Shown here: in pieces, positions 12,901-24,799 of the stretch
Position numbering within the stretch: position 1 is the first letter of the stretch
How the letters are laid out: each line of letters opens with the position of its first letter
NCBI GenBank assembly: GCA_013265495.1
Contig: MU058824.1
Coordinates: 2,321,111-2,385,110 of the forward strand
Origin: Vicugna vicugna
Taxonomy: Eukaryota
Direction: 5' to 3'
Length of the DNA stretch: 64,000 bases
The notes under the pieces: model-generated
Seen by the model: the letters and a program-made list of their open reading frames with translations, nothing else
What the model was told of the DNA's origin: nothing
The model's database searches: none
Position numbers and translations under genes: made by a program

Positions 12901-15900
12901 ACTCAGGATAATGGCTAATACATACTTGGGTGGTCAGTTTTTTGAGATTTTGCAAATCTAAGAATGTCTCTGCTGCCTTCATTTGTGAATGCCACCTTCA
13001 CTGTTATGATTATCTTAGATCATACCTTTTTGCTATAACGATTCAGTTTATTTCAGACTAGAGTCCCCTACCAATAACAGAGATAATGAAGACGACAAAG
13101 GTTTTGATGGGTATTTGTCTTGTCTTTTGTTTCCTGTTTTGTGGCAACTCTTGCTGTCCCAGTCCCAATCAGTTACAAAGCCTATGGACTCAACTTCATG
13201 TGTATGATCAAGCTTAACGAAAAATCTCTTTCCTTTAGGGGGAAATGAATCTACAATGAATCTTCTGTGTATTAAATCTAGGATTTTTATGACTGAGGTG
13301 AGACCTCTCTCCCTCACAGGCATCCAGGTGCCCACCAGGCTTTCCTCAATGCTTCCTTGATGGTCACTTAATCTACGGTGATGTTATATGATTTCTTCCC
13401 GTTCCTGGTGTGCATTTCAGGTGCTCAACGGAGCTGGAACTCTTGCCCGTGTCCTACTGACATACAGCCTGATCTTCTCCCTCAATAGTTTGGATCTTTT
13501 ATAAGCATTTCTACTTGACTGGTTGAGTCCTAATTCAAGTTACTTGTGTGTCCCTAAGAGACACTGCAACCTAACTGGCTGAATGTCTACTGCGCAGGAA
13601 TCTTTGCCAAGTCCAATCCTATCAGATTGGATCATTACAAGATTAACATCAACCTGGTTTGCCCCAGAATTTGGAGCTCATATCTGAAAGATCACATATA
13701 AACCAATTCTTAGAAAATACAAAATCTGTAAAATAATCCATATTACCTAGTAAAGTCACGAGATAGTTCTGAAGAGAAGATCCAGTTTGCTACTGCAGCA
13801 CAGTCAACAATCTGTGTACGAATCATCTTATCTACTAGCACAGCGATCATCTACAATGAGGAAAGAAGAGTTACTAAGGCAAATCACACTTACATGTAAA
13901 CCACAATAATCCCACTGCTACAAAAGTAAAATAGGAGGGCTGTGAAATTCATTATGAGTGGTTATGGAACTGATCAATTTGACCATTAGATCCTAAGACT
14001 TAGTTTGGCTTCTGCTTGGCTCTGGTACTTACTCTAAGAATACAATAATACCAATAAAGATGGACTGAGCAAAAAGACACACTGAATGGGAACACTTAAA
14101 TTGTTTTTCAATTTTAGATGATACACACAAAAATATATAATTTCCATTGAATCTTAAAATTAAAAAATATAATGTTTCATTATGAAAGTCTTAAATATAT
14201 TCTGAAATTTTAATTCCTCTATAATACATGGTATGAAAAAATATATTGAAGTCTGAGAAATCTGGAGCTTATCTGTAGAAACTGGATAGACTAGATAATT
14301 ATTTCCTATCCAATTGGACAATCTTCCAAGAAATAAACATTCTTACTGTTTAAAATATGTTGAGGTATTATAATCCCAAAACCAATTATAACACTTGCTT
14401 TTTTTTTTTTAACACTTGCTTTTTAAAGAGTGACTCAAACATTAGTACTTCCACAGCACTAAAATCACAGATTTTATTATGCAAATTTTTTAAGCCCCCT
14501 CCTTAATGGAGGCACTGGGGATTGAACCCAGGATCTTGTGTATGCCAAGCACATGCTCTACCACTGAGCTATACCTCCAATTCCCTACAGATTTTGAAAC
14601 TATTGTATAGTCAAATTTCATGTTTTACAAACTAAAACAATGATATTAATTGCCTTATTATTATACCTATACAATCAGTACCTCAACATGTGTAGTCAGT
14701 TTTTACCTGTGGATGGTTCCGCCAGACCTCAAACATGACTCTTAGAACATGTAATTTTCCTTCATCACTTTCAGCTAGGGTTTTGAAGACTTCATGAAAC
14801 CTTTTGATAGTAGGGGAAAAATACCATGTATAACCTTATTCAATAAGCAATTCAATGTTTTTAATGCCCATACAATGTTATTCAATTTACAGTGCAATAT
14901 ATAAATGCAAAATAACCAAACATTAACCATTAAGGATATAAAAGGTATGATTAGGAATTTGTAGTTTGTATGCAATTTGTCACAAAATCTTAGGAGAATC
15001 ACAATATACTATCACTAGCCTAGGATTATAGTTTATTGTGTATCTAAAAATAAGTGATGGCTAAGGAATTATCTTAAACACGAATGCAGTATTCTGACTG
15101 CACCTTCTCTGGGAATCTTGCAAGTCATACAGTAACGTGGAAGTTGAGATGGGGTGAGGAGTCCAGTTTCTTTGCGTGGCTGGAGGAATACCTATACGTT
15201 CTTTCTTCTTTTAGACTGACGAGTTAGAAAGTTCTGTCTTTAGATGCCAACCTCTGGGTGGCTCCCCAAAATGTAGCCACCTCTCGCTTCTGCTTACCTT
15301 CTTTTAGGAAGACACTTAGACAGGGTTCTTGACTTCTTACTGTATATATGACTGTCCTATGGACCCAGGTTTTCCACTCATTTCTCTAAAGGTCTATACA
15401 AAAAAATGTACATTCCACGCATATTTGCAAACTGTACATACCGACCGACAGCAGCTGTAGGATGGCGGTTTTAGCTACCACAAATCAAAACCCATTATGT
15501 CAAAATATATGACAATACTATTCATATCTTCATATTCAACAATTTTAGGTAAAAATTACTATACCACTGGTATTTACCAAGCAAAGTTCCAAACCCTCAA
15601 GAAAAGGTGCATGTTCTGATTGCACTTACTTTGCAAGAGCACTGAAGGAGTGGCTGAACGACTTGGCTGCTAAGTGTAGCAGAGTCTGTACAAACACCTC
15701 TATTTTCAGTGGGTTAAAACTGAACCCTTCATCTGAAAAATAATCCACAGTTAAGAGAGTCAGAAAAATGTTAAGTAATGTAATTCTTTGGTCCTTCACC
15801 TGAATAACTAAACAGATGGCACACTCACATCCAAATACTAAGTCAGACAGCAATGTCTTTGAGTACTAATAGAAAACAAAAGGCCATCACTGATATCAAA

Positions 15901-18900
15901 TACTCAAAATATAAAACTAAGTATAATCTCAATTCTTAGTTTTTGGGGGATTGTTTCCCTAATTCTTCCATATGATCCATTTCTTTTACAAATACCACAG
16001 AGATTTCCTTCTTCATATCTCTCCACGTGGTGGTAAGATAATAACAAAATCCCAGCAATAAACAATGCAAATACCAATAATGTTTTATTTTTGATTAAGT
16101 CATTTTCTATGCTTACGTACAGATCTAATAAAATTTCCCCGCAAATGGTTACCCAGTTGTCTCCGTAGACTTTTCTTCTGTTTTACTGATTAGTCTTTGT
16201 TTTAGTTACTGTAGTTTTAAAAAATATTTTAATATGTGATAAAGCAAGTCCTTCTCATCACTTTTGGTCTTATCTATTTATTGACGATAAACTTAGAAAT
16301 TATTTTACAATTTTCCCATTCTTGCCCAGAAAAAAATTTACAGATTTTGGTTGGAATCACATGGTAAATACTCACTATGTTAAACATTATTATTATAACA
16401 GCTTAATTTTACAGAGCATACAACTTTATAATACATCAAGCCTTCCTGTGCAGGAACCTCTCTAAAGTGAGGAAGCAGGGAATGTTTAAGGGAGAAAATA
16501 CCTGGGTTCTAAGGAAAACTGACAGGCTGGACAGGCCAAACAAATACATTGCTTTATGAGTATTCTGTGAGATTTAAGAGGAACTCATGTTCCAGAATTA
16601 CGTTTATACTTTAACCTGACCCATACATAGTTCCATTCAAGAAATATTTAATTGTTACCGTCATCATCATCCTGGTTAGGATTTGGTACATCTTTCAGAA
16701 TGCTGAAGATTTCATCATTCGTTGCTTTACTTTTAAAGGCAACAGCTAAACAGAGGGCAACTGAATGTCCAGGAAGAGAGTCTAAACGCAGAAGGGGGAG
16801 GAGGGCAGAGAGGAGAATTAGATGAGGTTTTAAGACGATTCTCACAAATAGTTTAGTAATTGTGAAACTTAAAAAAAAAATTTTTTTTTAAAAATAGGAT
16901 ATTCTTTATCCCAAGATCAGTATTTAATCTATATAAAGATAACCATATGTGAAAGTTTCATTTAATAGGCCAATGGTTTTTCACTTAAAATACAGCATAA
17001 GAGAGAACTCTCACCTCAATACTTCCTTAAGAACAATTAGCTAATTGTAGTTCAGAGTATAAAGGGTACTGATCTTCCTCAGGAATGAGGGGTGAGGGGA
17101 AATGTGGACATAGTTGCAATTGTTCTTTGACAGTCCTCAAATCCCTAGGCCTCTGTAAGCTGAAAAGCCGAGAATCAACTGTATTTCTTTCATTTTTGTC
17201 AATGTACCCTTCCTCCTCCTTCTTCTTCCTAAGACAGCGGAAACTAAGTTTGAGTTTGAACAAGTAAAGGCTGCTAACTTAAGACAGATTTTTTGCTTTT
17301 CTCTTTTGCTGAATCCACATCCTTGAATCTACACTAGCCAGATGCTCATGGGCTGTGACTCCACATGTTTACCATTGGTTACTATCTGTCGAGTCCTTGT
17401 ATGAAACTTGTGCCAATATATACTGTAAGGCATCACCAGAGCAACTGGAAATCTACATTTAATGTAATGTGGACAAACAGGTAACATAAAGGCAATCCTG
17501 ACATAGAATATGAGTAAGTAAAGTCAATTACAACAGGTCACATGTGCTGTGTGCTTTTCCTTGAAAGTGAGAGAGAAAGTAAGTGGGAGAAAAAAAAAAA
17601 AGAATCCCCTGCTGTTAAGGAGTCTACATTCTACGTGGGGAACCAAGATATTCACATAAGTAGTAGCCGGAGAGCAACACAAAACTGGCTTGCTAAAGGC
17701 TTAAAAAACATTTATATGAGTGGAGCTTGGGCTAGACCCTGGAGAGAGAACATGAATCAGAGACAAAAAGGGCTTTCCAGAACCGGGTAATGGCACAAAG
17801 GCAAAAACCATGAACAAGAAGCACGGAAAAAATAAAAAGGAAGTGGGCCTGGCTGGAGTAAAGGTCCATCTGGGAAGAAGTGACATATACATATAACAAA
17901 GTAGAAACAACTGTTAGGAAGGCCTTAAATGTTAGGCTGAGTTATTTCTATGGGAAAAAAGAAAGCTCAATGTTTAACAAAAGTCTGAACTCTTTGATAT
18001 CAAAGACTGTATCTTACTGTCCTCTGAGGCAGTACAAAGCAGAAATCAAAACTTGGCACTTGTAAGTGTCACACCAAGCTTTGCTCTTTCAGGAAAACAC
18101 AGTGGCTGAGAGCAGGACTACTCAGCTAGTAAGCCTGGATTTGAGTCTGGGCTCTACTGCTCAAACAATCTCACTCTGGCTTCACCTCTTTGAAGCCATT
18201 TCTTCATTATAAAATTGTTATAATAAACATACCTATTTTTCAGAGTTGTTTTAAGGATTAAGTGACATAATAACATAGGAAATGTACTTAACATTAGGAT
18301 CAACTGAGTTTATTTCAAGGAAAGCAGGTACAGTCTGAGGTGCAGGTGGAGAACCAGGAATGCAGTATGAGAAAGCAAGGGAGTGCAGTGAGTATCAAGA
18401 TGCAAAGAAATGCTACAAACATGAAATGGGAAGCTCATGGAGGAGCCTGTTCAGTGCCATCTGAAAAAGACTAACTTGGAAAAACTCCATACTTAACTCT
18501 CTACTAGTGATCACCAATGTACACCCTTACCTTCATTAAGTGTAAAGCACAAAATGGCATATCAAATTATAGTCCCCCTGATTTACAGTGCAAAAAATGA
18601 TGTGAGCAAAAAGTAGGAAAAGCGTATTTAAGAATTTACTTCTAGAGACACACTGCTGGTCAAAAGATAGTTATGTGCACCTATGTTCCCACACCTGAAC
18701 TGTTATCAGATGAAAATCAATTCAAGGAATCTCTGCTGCCATGAAAACCATACATTTCATTTTGATAAGTTATGGTTCTAAATTCATCCTGCTATACTTA
18801 GCAGCACATTTAAAATGTTATAGATATAAAACTAAAAACAAAACTAAGAAAAAAGAAAAAAGTTAAAAGTCAGAAATAAATAACTTATATCACTGGGAAT

Positions 18901-21900
18901 GTTCAAAATGATGATCGGGGGAAATAAAACAACAGTGGCTGGTGAGCAATCACTTTTCAAACAGAAAATATAAACCCAATAAAAGGAAAAGATCACTTTC
19001 TCCACCTTAAATAACTGGCTTCAGAGAATACTTTCATCAGTACTTTCTAAAAAGGGATGGATTTGTTTTATTTTGCTACTTACTGCTACTTTCATCTCCA
19101 TACTTGTAAATGCAGGTTGGATTTGCAGGACATAGAGCTGAGAAGGTAGGAGGGACAATATCTAATATCCGCTGATGGTAAGACAACCTACAATACAAGT
19201 AAGAGCCTCAGAAAATGTCATTCATCAGTTCCATTCTTCAGCAACATCCAACTTACCCAGAAAGTCACAATCTCCAACACCCTGGACTCAGCTGACAACC
19301 AAGAAGTAAAAAGGGAAAACAAGTTCTTTAAACTTTTGTCTAGGCCAGCACTTCAGAGCTCAAGTCTTCTTCAAAACTTACTGGTTTGCACTGAGATGTG
19401 GGCCAGTGGGTCCACGAGCCTGGTGGCCAGGGATTTGGGGTGGTGATGATGGTGGGGTGAGGTGAGGTGAAGGAGACAGTCTGCATAGTTGGGAGGCTGG
19501 TTTATACTGCAGCAAATACTTATTGAGGCTAATGGAAGCCAAGTTCCTTAATGCCGAAAAGGTATCTAGAAACCATGGCAAAGGGGAAGGCTAAAAAAAA
19601 AATGAGATGCTGGGTTGGAACTAGAGGGATACACATACCTCAGTAGACATGAAAAAGTTATAGACATGCTTATATGCATGTGTTTATGTGTGCAGAAGTA
19701 TATGCACTATCCTTGTCCATCCAGAGGGCCTAGACCAATGATACTCCAATAGCAATAAGCACAACAAATGTCCAGATCTTGGTTCCTAAATATCATACTC
19801 TACTACTAGAAACTCAGACTCGAGTAAATAGATGACCCCAGGGAAGGGGCAAGGAAACACAAGATGAGCCTGGAACATCATGTGCTAGAAATAAGGAAAT
19901 GCTCAATGGAGGGGGGACATTAAAAAAAAAATAAAAAAAAGACACAGGAGCCACAAGGGACTCCCAATGGCCAAATAAGGGACAATTTGAGCATCAAAAT
20001 AAATAATGACAGTAATGAATTATAACTCACTGAATGAAACACATCCATTAGTCCCTACTGATATATAAACCGAGGAATTAATAAATGGGTGAAAAAGGTA
20101 AGCTCTTTCTTACAATAGAATAATAACTAATAAAAGCAGAAAAAATAATGTAAAAAGAGACTCATCACAGTGTTGGTAGATAATGGTAGGAGTTGTCGGT
20201 GGAGGTGTGATGAAGAATAGGATATGAGTGTAACCTCAGAATATCTCCTTCAAAATATTAATCAACTATAAAGGGAAAGCTGGTGAATTTAAGGTAGAGA
20301 AGCATGACAAACACTGATATGGCCATGTGATCATTTTCAGTGGTGGGATAATGCAAGACTTTGAGTCATGAGGACACATCAAGGAGACACAACAAAATAA
20401 GGCCTACACTCTTTAAAACTGACAATGGCACAAAGACAGAAAAAGAATAATAGCTATTGAAGACTGAGGAATCTGAAGAAAATGACAACTAAATGCTACA
20501 CATGTTTCTGGATAGCATTCTGGACCAGAAAGGAAAAAGACATTTTTGGGATGGCTGGCAAAATTTCGGCAGCCACCGAGTATTGTATAGTAGTATCACT
20601 GTATGCTGGTCATGTAGAAGAGTGTTTTTGTTTTGGGGGAATATACAATGGCCTGATAAAGGATGACAGGACATCATATTTTCAGCTTGTTTTCAACAGA
20701 TTCAGAAAAAGACTGATATAAAGAGTACATACATACAAGGACTAATCATTAAAAAAAATGTAAAATGTTAACACTAGAGTATCTAGACGAACACAATACA
20801 GCGTTCTTTGAACTATTTTTGGCAACTTTCCTGAAATTTGAAATTATTTCAAAGTATATTTGCCAAAAACAAAAACAAAACTTATTGGCTTAATTCACAT
20901 AGAATCCAGATGGCATGGTTGCCTAGGTTTTTCTGCTTAAATCTTGATTAAAAACTGAAAAGGAAGAGAGGCAAGTACTTGGATTTTAAAAATGATATTC
21001 TGGACACATATCACAAATGCAGAGAAAAGAACAATTCCTTCACAGAAGTTAGAAGACCTAAGCTAAGGAGAAAACGCAAAGAGCTTACCTCATACATTTT
21101 TCTAGAACTTCTCTTACAAACTTTGGTTTGGGACTTTCAGGATCTTGAGTAAGACAATCTGACCTAATGAGGAGATATAGTTTAAGTTTTTATACATCTC
21201 ACTATACCTAACCTGTACATAGCTACAAATAGTTCCCTTCTATCTAAATTTCATTTATCTATATAAACATCAAAAATAAACTACATCTTTCAGACTGTGA
21301 AGAAGATTGCTTTTATGTTATAGTTTTAATTAACAGTTTTTTAAAAAACTACGGTTGACTGTAGAGAAAAGAAAGATGCAATGTAACCACTTACCAATCT
21401 TCCCAGCTCCAACGGAACTGGAAGTTACTTAGATGATGGGAAAACCAATTAATAAACCTATACAGAGAAGTAGGGTGACGACAGAAAAGGATGAATGGTT
21501 GCAATTTACAGCAGGTTACATAATCCTTCAGGCAAATAAAACCATATTTTAGAGTTAAATAAAAAGCACACCTCTCTAGTTACAGCTGTGTCTTCTCCTG
21601 CTACTTGCCCTTTTTTGTACAAATTCTGTAACTCATCTTCTACTTCAAAAAAATAAGTCTATCTCACTCCTCCTAACAGTGCTATCCTTTTTAAGTGAAT
21701 AAGAGATGAGATTTGAGTGCCTGTTTTGTATCAAGTACCTTATATATGTTTATATAATTTAATTCTCACAATAACTTCTGAGGAATGTACTACTTTCCTT
21801 ATTTAATTGATAATAAAACATAGGGTGGGGAAAAAGAGGTTAAGAATATTTTATAAACGGAGGAGCCAAAGCAGTCTCTCATCACCACACCATGCCCTTC

Positions 21901-24763
21901 TCACCACAAACAAACAAAAAATACCATTGAAGTTCCTTTTTCCGTTAAAAATATTTATCTCATCTAACTAAAGAGGGATCACCTTAGTATACTGCATAAT
22001 GTTATGAAATTTGTAAGAGCCCGATGCTTGAATGAATGGCATAATTGGGATACTCAATACAACTGGAGGTTTATTAATTAGACTGGAGAAAAAACTCAGC
22101 ACTTTCTTAAAGTAAATCCCTCATGCATCTATAATTTCAATCACTGAAATTACTCAAGATAACAGGTCAACAAAATAGGATAGCCCTTACTGATAATTTT
22201 CAAATATTCCATTTGAACAATGGACATGATAGATTATAGAAAATGTTCAGTATCTGCCCTGATCTAATTTGGGAAACTGACAGAAAACTCAATATGGTCT
22301 TTTGTACAAACTGAGTCTTGAAGCTGTAGTTATACAGAAGCTAGCTATTTTAGAAGCAGATACTAACTATAAACAAAAATACACATGTTATATATATACA
22401 TATAAAATAAATGTACAGTATTAGACTCTGCTTTTACATACGGGTTAGAATAAAGCCTATTTTAAAAGCTTACCTACCCAATTACGGAGGGAAAAGTATA
22501 ACCACACCAAGGCATCAAACTAGTGAACAATGAAGGAAATTAAAGAAAACCTCAGGGTGGGCATCATTTCATACTGGAAGTCAGACGAGAAGTGTAATGT
22601 TATATTACAACTATGAGTTTTATATTTATATAAAAGATTATATTGAGGAGGCAGGAAAGAAAAACTAACTTGGAAATTATTAAAAAAGGCAAATGTTTTG
22701 CTGATCAAAATCTTTTATAAAGCATAGGGAGCAGAAGCTGCTAACACTCCGTATAGAAATAAGGCAAGTACTATACCTGTCTACGCATGTAGTATTCATT
22801 GTGTCCAAACGCATATATAACATTTCAGTTGCCTGTGCAAGCTGTGAATTTCGGGATAAGGAAAACTATTCTCTACTCTCCTTGAAAATAAGTTGTAATA
22901 GAAAAATAAGTAACATTTCCTAGAAGTCTGTATAACAATAATATTGAGCATCTTTTCAAGTGATTGATCTTTGAGGATCAATGATGTACATTTGACCTGA
23001 ACACATCCATGAAATTAAGACAATAAATATTTAGATCACCTCCAAAATCTCTCCATGCTCCTTTGTAATCCATTCTCTCTTCTTCCCCTCCTCATTTATG
23101 CCCCCAAGCAAACACTGGTCTGCTGTCACTAGATTACTTTGCATTTTCTAGGATTTTGTATAAATGGTATCATTAGCATGAATTCGTATTTGTTTGGCAT
23201 CTTTTACTTAATTATTTTTTAATTCATTCATGTTGTTGCCTGCATCAAAAATTTATTGTTTTCTTATTACTGAGTAGTATTCCATTGTATAAATAAATAC
23301 AAAATTTGTTTGTCTACTGATGTATTGATGGATATTTAATTGTTTCCATTTTCAGGTTACTACAAATAGTTATGAACTTTAATTCTCCTGGATAAATACT
23401 CAAGGGTAGAATGGCTGGATTGTATGGTACATGTAACTTTTAAAGAAATGCTAAACTGTTTTCATGAAGTGACTTAAACCTACAAGCAAAAATATTTAAT
23501 AGTCTCTTAAAGCAAGGCCAAAGAGAGTATGTTTAAAAACAAAGGAAAGGATACAACTTGGGGTAGAGAGCCAGGCTGAAGTTTGCACAGTTCAATGAGA
23601 AGTGTTGTGTACATCACATCAATGTGAGGGGGTGCTGGAAGTTGAAAGAGTTCTGCAAAGATCACCTACAAAGGAAACATGAGTCAGAACAATTCAACAG
23701 CTATCTATGCACTTCTACTATGAGAAAGACCTCAATGTTCTAAACGTCAACTCTAACTCTATGGCATCCATAATGAAAAAAAATTAATTTTTCATCTTTA
23801 AAAGTATGTTTTTTAAACACAAAGATCTCTAACTAAACACTGTAATGAAGATTCCTTATTTCTATAACTCAAATAGGACTATGCAAAAATTAATGCTTAT
23901 TTGATACTCTCCGAAAACTGCAATTAAATTCCAAGTTTGGAAGTATCATTGTTAGTTCAGGGAGGTACAGTTTACTGGGGGCTCAAAGACCCATCAGTTT
24001 CATTCCTATAAGATATAAAGCCCTTTTTAGACTCTAAGCATGGGAACAGAAGACAGTCTAGTCATTCTACACTGCTACTTGACATCTTTTTGGTAGTCCA
24101 AAACTTCTTTGCCATGCTCTTGCTCTGAAAGCTGTTTCCATTCTTTCTGTAATTACGGATCACCTACCTAGAATCCTAAAGCCTGGTCTGCATTCCTTCC
24201 TCTCACTCCCATCCCCTACACTTCTGTACTTCATTCTGATGAATTTCTAAACATTCTGAAGATTTAAAAATATAACTTATGTTTTGCATTTCAATTTTCA
24301 TGTCAATGAGTCAAGTTCAAAGCCTACGCACAGTCTCAAGTTTTATAAAGACAGAACAGGTGCAGTACTTTCAAGAAAGCACATAGGCTCAGTATGAATA
24401 AAAAGTGAATCAAATAATGCATAATAACTGCTCACGTTGAGTATTTTTAACATAAAGGAATAATGCAACTGACAGTTTGACCCATCTGTCAAGTGAAAAC
24501 ACTGTTTTTTTCGCTCTTTTGATTTCTAAGAATAAATAAGGATTCATACCTACCTCTACCTTACGGTACAGGAAATAATATACTGGTCAGGTATATGTTA
24601 GTAATAAGAGGCCAGATAAACACAGTTAAAGATAGGTTATCTAGGGAGGTAGGGGTGAGTACAGCTCAGTGGTAGAGCACATGCTTAGTATGTATGAGGT
24701 CCTGAGTTCAATCCTCAGTACCTCTGTTAAAAAAAAATATATATATACACACACATATATACG

Positions 24764-24799
<36 letters not shown>

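Noticed and set aside
13048..13335. 95-aa minus-strand ORF (and the 74-aa ORF at 12758-12982) as new genes
   Set aside because: No recognisable protein family; better explained as antisense shadows of the + strand N-like fossil.
13630..13680. Minus-strand ILGQ..NQV resembling the mononegaviral L polymerase GDNQ motif
   Set aside because: GD is missing, no flanking L motifs were found, and it conflicts with the multi-block N match on the other strand.
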